Shown here: positions 48,946-63,049 of the stretch, one piece after another
Layout of the letters: every line of letters begins with the position of its first letter
Position numbering within the stretch: the stretch's first letter is position 1
Assembly (NCBI RefSeq): GCF_009914755.1
Contig: NC_060939.1
DNA: 64,000 bases
Reading direction: 5' to 3' (one strand)
Source of the DNA: the human T2T-CHM13v2.0 reference genome, Homo sapiens
The notes under the pieces: generated by a model
Told to the model about the DNA's origin: nothing
Seen by the model: only the letters and a program-made list of their open reading frames with translations
Database searches by the model: none
Made by a program: the position numbers and the translations under genes

Positions 48946-50459
48946 TAAAAATGTCTTTTTGTGTGGTGTGGAAAGGCCACCGAGTCCCAACCCCATTTCC
49001 TATTATTCTTTTTTCTTCAACTGTCTCAGCTATTCTTGCTCCTTTTATCTCCCATATAAGTTTTAGGATTAACTTATCAAGTTACACACACATGTGCATC
49101 AACACACAGGGTAGTTTCACCACATTGTATTGAATTTATAGATTAATTTGAGGATAACGGACATATTCACAATATCTTTTCCACAATATCTTTTTTATCT
49201 TTGAGCATGGTACATTTATTCAGGTCTTCGTCAATGTCTTTATATAATTTTCTCCTGAAACTGATAGAGTTACAAAACCTAATAACTAAAAGAATGGACT
49301 CTATTGCACATTATTATTTACATCACAAAAATACACCTGCACATAAAACAGTAATCTACACTTTACAAGAACTCATACAAACAAAAGGATACATAACAAA
49401 TACATTAGGATGTTTTTCTGTGGTCACTGTTGAATGGAAATAGGAATGAGAGAATGGGCCGATGCTGATAAATGACCCAAGAGTCGAGCAGTATTAGTAA
49501 CTTGAAGTTCAAAATGTTAAAAAAAACTAATAAAAAGTTCTGTAATCTTTTAATGTAGTTGTCTGGTTTCCTTTTTTGTTATTGCTAAATTTTTTTAAAA
49601 TTTTGTTTTATAATCCTTTACTGCTGAGATATAGAAATGCTTTTGCTTTTTAACATGTTGATCTTGGAACTAGCCATCTTGTAAAATTCTTAATATTTTA
49701 TCTTTGGGTTTATTTGGCATTTCTATAAAAGAAATTGTATAGTTTTCATATGACAGTCTTTTTCCCATATTGCACAGTACAATGTCGAATAGAACCAACA
49801 ACAGTAAATATACTTGATTTGTTTTAATTTTTAAAGGGGCTACGTCAAGTGTTTTATCATTGTGCATGACTTGAGCAAGTTCCTGTAAATTCCTGTTTCT
49901 TGGTGAGTGGTTGTTCAAATGCTTTTTAAAAGTACTGTATATCTTCTTCATACTCTATTTGATTCAATTTGCCATCATTTTTTTAAAATTGATGCTCATA
50001 AATGAGAACAGTCTTTAATTGTCCTTTCCTATATTCTCCTATGTGGTTTTAATCTCATAAAATTAGTTATGGAGTATTTCCTATTTCTAATCTTTATTCA
50101 AAATGTTTGAAGACTAAATTGATTACAGCCATAAAATAGTTGTGTGATCATGGACAAGTTATTTAATCCTAAATCTTCACTTTCCTTATGAATAAAATCA
50201 GAATGATAATATGGATGCCATGGGGTTATTAAGAGAATGAGTTGAAATAATCCATATGAAGTACTTAGCTCATTGACTAACATATGGCAAATATACACAA
50301 AAAAATCATAGTTATGGTAATATTATCTATCATTAGTCCTTTTTCATTCATTAACATATGGGCTTGTTCTTATGGAAAAAAGTGCCTTTTTATGTGTTGT
50401 AGGTATACAAGCATGGATAGCGACAGGTAGATAAAAACGAATTTGTTTTAAATTCTTTA

Positions 50460-50806
<347 letters not shown>

Positions 50807-50912
50807 TCAAACCCATTTAAACAAGGAAGTACATAGGTAAGCACTTGAGAACCACATCTTTGAGGCAATCATCATAGCCTCTGTCCCATGCGTGTTTTAG
50901 GATAGACTAGTT

Positions 50913-51118
50913 CAGTGGCTTCCAACCAGGTGTGATTATGCCCCCAGGGGACATTAGGTAGTGCCTGGAGATGTTTTTGGTTCCTACAGCTGGAGTGCTA
51001 TTGGCATCTAGTGGGTTGAGGCCAAGGATGCTGCTTAATATCATGCAATGCACAGAGCAGCCTTCATAACAAAGAATGATCTGATCCAAAATGTCAGTAG
51101 CGCTAACTTTAAAACCTA
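50913..51118. mobile_element. MER20 (hAT-Charlie)
   Basis: CCCCCAGGGGACATT...GGCATCTAGTGGGTTGAGGCCAAGGATGCTGCT...CAAAATGTCAGTAGCGC. Confidence 0.88.
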
Positions 51119-53461
51119 CATTATCAAAGTGATTCTCCAACGTGGAATTTCTATATATGTTGGGAGTTCCTTATTCAAAATTCCACAATTCCAGGCTCTA
51201 TCCCTAGAGGTTCTATTTCAACTTGGTAGAGCCGTAAAACCTGGCTCTTTAAATATGCAGACGAGCTTGATATATGTGGTCCAGAAGGTTCATTATAAGA
51301 CACAATGAAATAAGCAAATAGTGAAAACATGTTAATACATGCATTTTCCAAGTACATAGACAGCAACAAGGAAAAGAATGGTCAGACAGCAGTGAGAGTA
51401 TTTGTGCTAAGAGCTGTGGATTTGGGAGCAGTAAGACTCTCACTGGCTCTTTCTTGTGGTGGTAACGATGATTTCTTGAGTCGCTTGGTGTTGTGTGACA
51501 GCAGTTTCTTACCCAGTTACGTACACAGCACAGCTGAATGGTTTCTGTCATTATCAAGCACTTTGTGCCCAGCCAGCCACATTTTCAGGGTCACTTCAGT
51601 GGTGAGAATTTGCCATCATTCTAGGCAGGCTGAAAACAGGGCTGAGTGAAATTCATTTCTTGCAATTGTGGTTACGGTTAGGGTTAAGAATGCTTAGAGG
51701 AAATTGCACATCAAGCCTCATCCTTGGTTGCCAAATTGTTCAGTCTGATTTTCTGACCATCCTTTTCAGCCACAGTATTAACTAATGTCACTTTGATTAA
51801 AAAAAAACTTAGGATGAATATTTCTATAATGGGTGCTTTTTAGTCAATGCCTGTATAGCACATATAATTTTCCAGGAATTGTTCTGAGTTCTTTAAATAT
51901 ATTAGATGACTTAATTTTCGTGACAGCCTAATGACATAGGTTCTGTTACTATTCCCATTTTTAGATGAGGGAAGATAGGTGGGGAGTTGGGGGAGGCAGA
52001 TAGTCATTTTCTCATGGTCTTATAGCTGGTAGAAGTGGGGACTTAAACCCATTTATTCTTGTTTCAGGGTCTAGACTCTGAGACACTTAAACACACTCTT
52101 TCAGGTGCTTTCTCAAAACTCTGTGATCATAACATTAAGCTTACAAAATGTTCATTCCCTAGAAGTTCATTGTTTAAAAGACCTCAGCTTTTAAGTGAAT
52201 GCCCTACTTTATACATTTGGATACTTTCTTCTACTTTATTTCTGCAAATGTCTTAAGACCTTACTGCTGTTGAATGTGAATTACCTGTCCCAGATCCTTA
52301 CATGGTTGCTGTATTGGATTTCATGAGAGCCTCTTGATGGTGACTGAATTATTTCCTTGAGAGTAGGAAAGAGAAGACACAGGATAAGAAGAGAAAAAAC
52401 ACTTTCATTGTAATTTTTCAGACATATCATTGGAATGTCATTCAGCAAGTTATCACTTTTTGGATTATCCATAGGAATTTCCGAGTTTCATTTTGTCTAC
52501 TGCTCAGCTGGGTTATAGTCCGTTACCTATAAGATGAAGCCAGAGAGACATCAAACCCAGAAACTGGTATTAGTGTCAGTGAGTGACTTCTGAGTGTGTG
52601 CCAAGCAAATAAAAACAATTTTCAAATTCTCAATTAGGTATTATGTATCCCTCACATTTCTATGTGAAAGTTGACTCCAATGATACATTAATTAATGTAA
52701 TAAATTACCTTTTTTCTAAGAGAGGAAATATAGCTAAAAGATGGTTGTAAAAACAATATTTCAGTCAAGCAATTGAAATTTCCACCATGAATTAATTACA
52801 TTGTTTTATGGTATCTCACTTTGATGTTCTCTGGGAACTACAATTTACCTTTGAGCATGTTTGCTTATTATTTTTATTTTGATTAATATTAGGTAGTTTA
52901 AAAATTTAAGTGTATTTAATGCCTCTTTGCTTCTAAAATTTGAAAAGAAACAACTTCAGAGAACTATTTGAGAATTTCGGTATGCAATGGTTTTCTGCTT
53001 CTAGCAGAATTAAGTAGGGGAGTGAGTTTGCAAAGACGTATCATGTAATAATGGTGATGCTGATAACAAAGACAGTTAAAACCACAGATTATAGCCGCCT
53101 GACCATATCAGCAGGTTGCACATGGCCTGAAAATGTCACATGTTGTTTATATGCCTTCCTCAAGCCAAACAGGCTTTAGACAGAAATTTTAACCATAGCA
53201 GTACTTCATTTATCTGGAGGGCACTCATCCAGTATCAGTAAACATTTAAAACATAATAATAAGCAAAAGCCTCTGGACAGCCAAAATAGATGCTGCAAAG
53301 CCAAAACACTAAATCCATGTGTTTGTCCACCACAAGGGGCTATAACAAAAGCATATTTGCTCTTACAGTAGAACACAGTTGTTCTAATTGTCCTGATAAT
53401 GGTGATTTCCAGACACATTAGAAGGTAGGAGAAAGAAGGGAATTACAAACTTCATAAACAA

Positions 53462-53759
53462 GGCCAGGTGCAGTGGCTCACACCTGTAATCCCAGCACTT
53501 GGGGAGGCCAAGGCGGGCAGATCACTTAAGGTCAGGAGTTGGAGACCAGCCTGGCCAGCATGGTGAAACCCTTGTTTCTACTAAAAATACAAAATTAGCT
53601 GGGTGTTGTGGTGCACGTCTGTAATCCCAGCTACTCTGGAGGCTCAGGTGGGAGAATTCCTTGAACTAGGGAGGAGGAGGTTGCAGTGAGCTGAGATTGC
53701 ACCACTGCACTCCAGCCTGGGTGAGATAGTAAGACTCCACCTCAAAAAAAAAAAAAAAA
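53462..53759 (+). mobile_element. AluS (Sx/Sz-like)
   Basis: Full dimer with poly-A and TSD core CATAAACAA. Confidence 0.95.
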
Positions 53760-54929
53760 CCCTGCATAAACAAAAGTGCAGCATTTCTAGTTGACAGCTA
53801 AAAAATAAACTAAACCCTGGAAGTCAGAAAAATTGAAAGATCAGTGTGCCCTGGAACTGTTAAGATAGGCTACCAGCAACATTAAGAACACGACATAATT
53901 TGATTATGATGAGCCCAAGTTGTAAACAATGGCTAAATTTTATTTATTATAGGATGTTTAGTAAAGCAAAGTTTGCAATGCATTTAAAAAGAGGTTAACC
54001 ACTCTTTCCACCCGAGAAATTAGAAAACAGCCCTTAAAAACATGACAATATCCTATTGTGTGTTGCTTACCTAGGACAGTACAGACATCGCTCCTCTGAC
54101 ACTGTTCAGAGTAGTAATTATCAGGTTGTCAGGTCTTTTATTGTTTTACAAGACATGGGGCACCTGAGTCTGGAAATGATGGAACAGACACAAAATAAAT
54201 GGGCCCACTTTGCTCACTCATCAGGAATTCACTGGCTGTGCCTCTGCCACATGCCCAGGAAGTGGGAAGCTCTTTATCACATTTTCCTTATAACTCTCCT
54301 CTTGTTTTCTGCCATCATCCTTAGCTCCTGTTATCATTTTTGGAGATTTCAGCGTCTGTGTTGACAGTTCATCTGGGGTTCCCTATATGACAGCTTGAAA
54401 ATCTATTGCATTCTGACACACCATAGATATTGCAGGAGGCAGCCACCATGTGAAATCTACTTACTCACACCCTGTAGGTTATATTGGAGTGATAATTGCA
54501 AGATGCCCAGTGTGCCTGAAATGAATTTGAGGGCTTTGTGGTTAGCATTCTTTGGAAATGAAATTTTTAGTCAGGAAAACTAAATTGAGACCCATAGTAA
54601 AAAGTTTTTGGTGGGATTTTTTTTCTCCATTTCATGGGTTCCCTGTGGGGTTCGTGTACAAAGCCAGGGCCAAGAGGCTGTCACAGACCTGTTGTAGACA
54701 GGTGACACTAATTATTCTGCTCTGGGAGCAAAAAGCTTGTTAGAACAGGAAGTTTTCTAAGCAGCCCCCTCAAGTTCAGCCAATTTGCATTTTAATTTGC
54801 TTTCTGAAAAACCAAAGGTTTAAGAAATATTTATTTTGCTAATTTCATTTATTGTTTTCAGAGAAATAGGAAAATGTAAGTGCCTTTCCATGTGATAAAA
54901 CCATAGACCCTACTCCTTGGTTATGTTTG

Positions 54930-55950
54930 TTCAGTGGCTATCGACTGAGTACTAGCTGTGCACATAACTTAGCGCTAGACATATGGGGATGAAGGAGATG
55001 GAGCCTCCCTGCCCTCAAGGAGTTTACATACTAGTAGAGAAGAGACAAGTAAGCTCAGGAATAAGTAAGGATTGTGGCAGGTGCTCTGCTATATATTAGC
55101 AATGGTGTGAGGAAGAATAAGGGCAAAGAGCTGTCTTAGTTGGGGCAATTACATTGGAGGCTTAGACCTGAGCGGTGGGTCAACCACCCACACAGCAAAG
55201 CTGGCAAAAGAGCATTGCAGGTGGAGAGCACAGTAAGTTCAGCAGCCCTGAAAAGGAAAGGCTTGCCACGTTCAAGGAGCTGAATAAAAGCAAGACGAGT
55301 TAATGGGTGCAGCACACCAACATGGCACATGTATACATATGTAACTAACCTGCACGTTGTGCACATGTACCCTAAAACTTAAAGTATAAAAAAAAAAAAA
55401 GCTGGAGTGCGCGGCCCCTGTGCCCTGAAGGGAGAATGCTGATAGCTGAAGTGGAAATGAAGACAGTGAGTAGCCTATGTAGGGCTTTAGAGGGCACTAT
55501 AAGGTGTTTGGATTTATCCTAAAAGGACACTATCAAAGGATATTTAGCAGAAGAGTGGTATGATTTCATTTACATTTTGCAAAGATTCCATTCTTGGCCA
55601 AGGCAGCAGGCTGGAGGGACCAAGAATAGAAGCAGGAAGGTGAGTTGATAAGCCACTGCAGTGGTCAGAGCAGAGGTGGTGAGAGCTTGGGCTAGAGACT
55701 TAGCAGTGAGGGTGATGCGAAGGGGGCACATGGGATATGTCTTGGAGTTGGCGGTGATAGGGAACGCTGATGGGCTGGATATTGAGGAATAAGGATGAGG
55801 GAGGAACCAAGAAGGAATCTTAAGTTTGAGGTTTGAACAACTGGGCGAATGCTGGTATTTTCAGAGATGGAGGAGACAGGAGACAAAATGGCGAGATCTG
55901 TTTTTGACATACTCATGTTGAAATGCCTGTACGCAGCCAGCCCAGTAGAG
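54930..55950 (-). mobile_element. L2, long fragment
   Basis: CCTGCCCTCAAGGAGTTTACATACTAGT...GGATTTATCCTAA...GAAATGCCTG, antisense L2. Confidence 0.75.
55294..55400 (+). mobile_element. Extremely 5'-truncated young L1PA (about 105 bp)
   Basis: GACGAGTTAATGGGTGCAGCACACCAACATGGCAC...CCCTAAAACTTAAAGTATA plus poly-A, with TSD AAAAGC. Confidence 0.93.
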
Positions 55951-56148
55951 ACACATGTCTGATTTTTCCTGATCTAGGTCCCCTCTAGGGAATGTAGCAG
56001 AGACATGGTGTAGACCTTAGATTTAGTAAATATCATTAAATTCTGGGGAACCTACACTTCCGTTTTCCAGTCTCAGATGATGAATATAAATTCCTTTCCC
56101 TCCTCATCCCATTTTTCTACAAGAATAAATACCACCCTTTCCCCCACC

Positions 56149-56149
<1 letters not shown>

Positions 56150-56199
<50 letters not shown>
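56150..56199. repeat. (CA)n microsatellite, about 24 units
   Basis: Direct reading. Confidence 0.97.
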
Positions 56200-56201
<2 letters not shown>

Positions 56202-56856
56202 AAGCCATTTGAGATTCCTGGAAGCAACACAAAGGAAGAATTCAATGGTTTATTTTTTTTTTAATGAAAGTTAAAAGTCAAGTTAGTTCATCCTTATTAG
56301 GTACTGGATTTGTACATTTTACAGACAGAAGAAAATCGACGTGATTTTTGTACTGTTATAAAGAGCAAAAGAAGTGACTTTACATTATGTAACATTAAGA
56401 TCCCGAATGTTCTGGGACCCTGAGACGCGTTAGTAGGAAATGTTGTAGACTTGCTTCCTTTAAACCTTTACATGAACTCTCAGGAGTGGCTTAAGTGTGA
56501 TTGTCCAGATTTGATTAGAGTCCTGAGGATAATGGAGGCAATTTCTTCAAAGTTATTTCCACACTTGATAATTACTTTATCCATGGCGAGGTGCAGAATG
56601 AAAACTAGGGACTATTTCTGCCACCTGGAGAAAATTCGTTTAATTACCACTGACCTCACTAACTTCTGCTTTTCTGATTCTCTTGCTCAAATTAGTGTTC
56701 TCCTCGCAAGGACCAGGCAAGAGATTGAGATTTTCTTTCGAAATTGAAGACTTAGGACAACTGAGCTCTTCCCTCTCAGATAAGGAAGCTTTAGAATAAA
56801 TACTAATATTTCTTTACATGGGTGAAAGTTGGGTATGAAAATAAGCTTAATGTGTT

Positions 56857-57241
56857 TGTATTTGTTTGCTAGAGCTGCCACAATAAAGTCCATAGATTGG
56901 GTGGCTTAACAGAAATCTATTTTCCCACAGTTACAGAGGCTGGAAGCCCGAGATCAAGGTGTCAACAGATTTGGTTTCTTCTGAGGCCTCTCTCCTTGGC
57001 TTGTAGATGATGACTGTCTTCTCCCTGTGTCTTCACATGGTCGGCCCTCTGTGTGTGTCCGTGTCCTGATCTCTTCTTCTAAAGACACCAGTGAGATTGG
57101 ATTAGGGCCCACCGTATGACCTGATTTTACCTTAATTATCATTTATAAAACACTGTTTCCAAATACGGTAAATTCTGAGGTACTCTGGGTGTTAGGACTT
57201 CAACATATGAATTTTGGAGAAGCACAGTTCAGCCCATAATA
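56857..57241 (-). mobile_element. MLT1B-like MaLR solo LTR
   Basis: GGTTTCTTCTGAGGCCTCTCTCCTTGGCTTGTAGATG...TTAGGACTTCAACATATGAATTTTGG. Confidence 0.88.
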
Positions 57242-58107
57242 GTATCCCAATCTTAATTAGTTCTGCCAGAAAACTCACTCTAGTGCAGAAACTTAACAGC
57301 TTCCTTTTAGCACTTTAGTGTCATTAACAGCTGTTACTCTTCCTTCTCTTACATATATTGTAGAAGGCAGGTTCTCCAACGCCTTCACCACCTTGCTCTG
57401 TTGCCTCTTGCTCTCAGAAAACTTTTTTCCTGCTCTTTCCCCAACAAATGGAGTTGATGGCAGACTCTTCTATGCCATTGTAGAGTGCGTCTCACCCTGC
57501 ACCACAGTTCTTTACTTGCATCTGCAGCCCTGATTAGAATGACAGAAATGAGGCCAAAGGCCGTTTTCAACTTTGCATTCTATTATTTAGCCTGGCGTAG
57601 TATAAGTGCTTAGTAAAAGAAAAGGTGGGATGTACATGTGTTAGTATTAGTTTGGAGACAGCTTCTATTTCATGTAGTGTCAATAAAGGTAACCTTTTGT
57701 TCATTGCTTAGAACTTGGTATTCATGATGATAAATTCCTGTACTCTAATTACCTTCACACAGAGAACCCCCTGACTTCATTCAGCCAGTAGCCATTAGGG
57801 TGACTAGTTGAGAATGGGGATAACTGGGTATGAACTGGGCAGTCTTCAAAGCAACAGGAGAACTGGACATTCTGTTAATGGTAGGTCAGGAGCATTCTGT
57901 TTTCCTAAAAGGACTTCCTTCCCCACCCCATGCCCACTTACTTTCCTCCGAGCAGTATTGGGATTTTGGACTTCTTAGGAGGTTAAGGTTGTATTTTGCA
58001 GTACTCCAGTCAGAGCAGGCATTGGGTTGTGCTCCCTCTGGGAAGGACATGAGACGATGGGCTTTTTCACAGATAAGATCATCCTTGAAAGGACTGTCAC
58101 AGATAAA

Positions 58108-58290
58108 ATTGTCCAGGATGGAGGCCACTAGCTACATGTAGCTAGGCAAAGTTAAATTAAATAAAATAAAAATTCAGTTCCCCAGTGACATCTGACACAT
58201 TTCAAGGGCTCAATAGCCACACATGACTAGTGGCCACAGAGTACGGACCATTTCCATCATCACTGAAAGTTCTTTTGTTCAGCATAATTC
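58108..58290. mobile_element. MER3-like hAT-Charlie
   Basis: CACATTTCAAGGGCTCAATAGCCACACATGACTAGTGGC...CATTTCCATCATCACTGAAAGTTCT. Confidence 0.7.
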
Positions 58291-59519
58291 TAAAGCCCAG
58301 CTCATAACTTTTTGTTTACTTCAATAGATGATAATAGTAATAAGTACCATTTAGCATGCACTTACCATGGGTTAAACTCAAATCTCTTTTTGAGGCTCAG
58401 TGAATTAAGTAATTTGCCCAAGTTGGGTCCCCCAAATTGGAAAGTAGCAGAGACAGGATAATAATAAAAATATATTTTCTAAAATTACCAATGTAAGAGA
58501 TAGAAAATGGTCCTGTACTGTAATTTCAACTTACATGCCTTTTACAATGAGGTTAAATTGGAGCAAAGCAAATTATCTGAGGTTTTGTTTCAGACCAACC
58601 TGGCCTCAGTTTCTTCTCTCTTGTCTTGGTTCCAGTGACTTGAGGTGGCTGAGTCTTCCAGTGAGGGCCTCCGGGAGGATAAGCAGCCCCTCTCAAGAAA
58701 GCAGACGTCTGGCCAGCTGCTGGCCTCGAGAATATGGAGACAGTTTGTGTTTCATGACTGCTTTTTGCTCCTCTCCCTTTTCCAGATCAGAGTCATGTTT
58801 CAGTGGGACTAAGAGCAGGATAATACCTTTTGCCCTGAGGCTACCCAATCTACCAGTGAACAAGAATAGGACCCTGAAAGGGTGAAGGAGGCCAGTCATT
58901 TGTTCATGTTTCCCTGTGAGTTATAAAACACCCCCATCAGGGGAGACTATTGTAGACCTCTCAGAGAAACAGGCATTTCTGAAGAGAAAAACAAAGGCAA
59001 AGCCTTGAGAGCGAGATTTGAAGGTGGCTGAGCACTAACAAGGAAATGTACATAAAATAAAAAGTATGTACAAGAGTTTCCACAGATGGTGACAAAGTAA
59101 TGATGAGGGCCTTTTGCTGCTAGACCAAAGGTGAAGTTTATCCAGAAATCAACTTTAATCTGTATTTTCACTATTTCAGTGCAGTTGGGCTCCTGGGGAG
59201 AAAACAATCAAAGAGTAAGAGAATTATGGTTTTGGGAAGCGGATTCTGGCCTCATTAGGTGAGGAGGCTGACAGGTGGCAGGACCTTTCTTGTGCAGTCA
59301 GCTCCTGAGGGTCAATGGCTCTGTCTCGGTTGCCCCTTGCAGCTGATTGGAAGTGGCTGCGGCTGCCTGGAGTGTGGGGGAGAGAACGTGGTCACTGATT
59401 ATCCTCGTCTTCCACAGGTTTAGAAAGGGAAGTGGTGCCACAAACGTCAGGTATTTGTGACGCAAGGGCCTGAGAAGTAGTCCCGGAAAGAGTTTCACTA
59501 CTCAAAACTTGTGGCAGAG

Positions 59520-60022
59520 AGAGTAATTAATTGTCTATTGCTGAGTGGCAAGTTATCCCCAAACTTAGCAACTTCAACAAACTTATTACCTCAGTTCCTG
59601 TAGGCTTGGAATCTGGGTGTGGTTTGGCTGCAGCCTCTGGCTCTGGTTCTCCCACAGGGCTGAATCAAGGTGTCAGTGCGGGCTGTGGTCACCTTAGTGC
59701 TCCGCTGGGGGAGGATCTACTTCCAAGCTTACTCACCTAGCTGGGACAGACCTCTGGTCCTCACTGGCTGTTAACCAGAGACATCCATTCCTGACCACAT
59801 GACCCCCTCCGTAAGGCAGTGGATTCCACAGTGATCAAGCGAGACAGAAAGAGGGGTCGTACAATGTGAAACTCACAGTCTCCTTGTAACATAATCTTGG
59901 CAATGACATCGTGAATCAAGCCACTAGGTCCAGCCCATACTCACCGGGCAGGGATTGCACAAGGGTGTGAGCTCCAGGAGGCAGGAATCACTGAAGGCTA
60001 TTCAAGAGGTTTCTACATAACA
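59520..60022 (-). mobile_element. MLT1F-like MaLR solo LTR
   Basis: CCCCAAACTTAGC...GGAGGATCTACTTCCAAGCTTACTCAC...AGGAGGCAGGAATCACTG. Confidence 0.75.
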
Positions 60023-61494
60023 TAGTGTGAATGGGGGGCAGAATATTAAATATATTATAGAAATACATTTGTTTTATTAGTAATGTATTTTAAAATGTAA
60101 CAGTGTCGTGTGTTGTCCCATGCTGAATATAAAAATAACACAAATGCCATAATGAAACCTGAAAGAATTCTGATGGTTCCTCTAAGTTTAATCAGATTGC
60201 TTTTTGCAATAACGTCAAGAGAACAGAAGTTTTGGCAAGGTGTATAGGGTAGGTCAGTCATTTTCGAGCACGGATCTCTTTGCTTCAAAGACGGTGTTCA
60301 TGCTGGTGTGAAAGGAAGGTATTTAACCAGAGGGAAGCATAAAGATCCCCCAAATCCTGGGTGGGACTGGGAGGAGGGGGACAAAGGCAGCCGAGGAAGT
60401 AGAATGGGGACTGGATGAGGTGGAGAATACCCAAAAGGAAAGTTAAACCTAGTTTGAATTACTGCTTAGTGGCAGCCCTGCCCTTCCCTTCTAGAGGCAA
60501 AGTATCCATAAATTATCTGTTATCTCAATCCTGCTTTTTCCTGTCCTTACTGCGGCTAGAGCATTAATACCTAAAAAAAAAAAAAAAAAAAAAAAAGCCG
60601 GCAACTGTGAGCATTAGCAGTTACAGTTCTCAAATGGGAGAATTCCAGGGGCATCCACACCCTGCATGGCTTCACTCAGATACAGCTTAGTGGGCTCAGA
60701 TGTCTGACCAAGAATCTGAGATTTTGTGTTGTCCTTAGAGATAAAAATCCTGCTAAATAATTAGTTCTTGAATCTAATGGCTGTACTTTATTTGGGAAAA
60801 CAAGACTCTGATTGTGAGTTTAATGGATTTCTAAGGCTAGAAGGCAGAGAGGGCAGGGACTGGATGCCACCAAGCCCCAGGCTGTACACCCTGTAGCTTT
60901 GCAAGCAGCAAGACGCTTCTGCCGCCCGCCCTCATCTCAAGCTTCTCTAAGTCAAAGTTCTCCACACAGCAGTTTACAGAGCCCGAGGTGCTGAGACAAA
61001 ACTGTTTGGAGCAGAGTGACGTTATCTATTCCTAGGCAGAGCTCCTTGAGCTCCTTGCACCCTCTGTTCTTGAATTTTTTGAGGGTTCTTTTTTTTTTTT
61101 TAATACAATGTCAGCTTATGGGCTACGTATGTATCTTTTATTTACACTGCACACCTTGCAGCATCCTTACCTTGCAGAGTACTGAGTCCTGGCTTCATGA
61201 ATTTCATGTCAAGTAAATGGGTTTTAGTCATCCCTAGTTCATGTGCATGTGCCGAGAAAAAGGGGAGCTTCTAAAACATGTGCGCAAACCACAGGAAACA
61301 GTGCAATCCTGTGTGTCTCCTATTCCACTTACTCCTCAAGGCCCCAAGGTAGGACGCATGTTTGGTGGCTTTCTGGCTTACAAGTTCCAGTGCCTACTCC
61401 CATTCCCTCAGAGGTTTGCTGTGATCACTGAGGGAAGCAGAATGGAGCATCGTGTGGTCCTTACTGGAGACTCCTTGCAGCACCTGAAACAACC

Positions 61495-61710
61495 CAATGT
61501 TGTTAGAGGCAAATCTGTGCTGGCAAACCTGGATCCTCATTTTATCTCTACCACTGTGTAGCTTTGGGTAAATGACAGATAGTCTGAACCTTATTAGTTT
61601 TCTCACATGTAAAATGCAAATGAGATCATTGTCAGTGTTTAATAAAGTACTGTTTATAAAGTGCCTGGCACAGAGCTGGTACATAACAGGCACTCCATAA
61701 ATGGTGGCTT
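61495..61710 (+). mobile_element. MIR
   Basis: CTACCACTGTGTAGCTTTGGGTAAATG...TTTCTCACATGTAAAATG...GTGCCTGGCACA. Confidence 0.7.
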
Positions 61711-63049
61711 CCTTCCACTTTCCCCCAGTAGATAGCAGTGACCTTCATTACCTCTATTCAAACGGGCACCCTGTTCTGCTCCTTTCTCTCTCTACCCCTT
61801 CCCCACTTATCTTTCAGGATATTAACAGTTCCCATTAGCTTAGCCTGATAGAGGCTGGACAGTATAAAATGAACGGATGAGAGTGACCACTGGCTGCATA
61901 GCTCTGTTATAAATTGTCAAGATTGTCTTGGAAAAGGAACCTAAATTTTGGGGAAAAAAAAAAACTGGGGAAAAATGTGCTCCACAATCATGTGAGTGAG
62001 GTGGACAAGCAGGTTATGTTAACTCCAGAATTATTAATGCGTCAGTGACGTCTGCAGCAGCGTGCCAGAACTTGCCAGGATGGAAAAGAGGCTGGAAGAT
62101 CTTCAGGTCACAGTCAAGTCCAAAGACAAGCCTAGTCCAGTGCAGACAGGAGTCAAGTCCAGAGTGACATAGCAAGGAAGATGGAATCCCATGCAAAGTG
62201 AGAGACTAAAAAAGTTGAAGCCTGAAAATTTGAGTTATTAATATTTCTGCTTTATAGTTTATAGGATGCATCTTCATGTATGATTGTTATTCTTCACAGT
62301 AGTCTTTGACTTCGTCATTATTAACTTCAGTTGATAAATAAAGCTCATAAAATTAAGGGATTTGCTCAAAGCCATGCAGCCAGTGAATAATCTAATCAGT
62401 ACTCAAACCGGAGTCTTTGGGATTTCATTCTGGTGACTTTTTAAAAATTAAATCACAATCACAGACTTAATCAAACTGTCTAAGGCACTGAAGTCTGGTT
62501 GAAGGCCCGGAAAGGGCCTCCATGCTCCAACAACCAAACAGACGTGATAGTGGGACAAGACTCTGGGGCCAGGCCATGTGTGTTTGCCTCTTTCAGAATT
62601 AAAATTGGTTCCAAAGGCTGCGATCCAGCCTTTCTTTTAGAGTAAGCTCAGTTATGGGGTACAAATCAGGGCTGAAAGGGAATGTTTCTCATTGTTGGTT
62701 CTGCCCTGGTAATCACCCAGAGTGCTGCCAGTTCATTGCAGGACAGAAACAAGATATTTCTTTTTAACTTCCAACTTTCCAAAGCAGGACTGATACTGTG
62801 GCTTTGGATCGGTAATCTATCAAGGATAATTTATATTGCTTAGATTTAAAGCAGCATCTCAATTGCCAGAAAAGCAACCAAAGAGAAAAAAAATCAGTCC
62901 CATTTCTTCTAAATCTTGGCTGCAACTTTAGAAATAATATGTCTATGAAAATCAGACTACTTATTTCTATTATTATAAGAAGACATAGGCCATTGAGTAT
63001 TCGTTATTCTTAAAGGGCTTCTTAAATATAATGATAGATCATAACAAAA

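Noticed and set aside
60573-60596. Orphan poly-A retro-insertion
   Set aside because: No TSD or upstream element body; treated instead as a possible minus-strand polypyrimidine tract.
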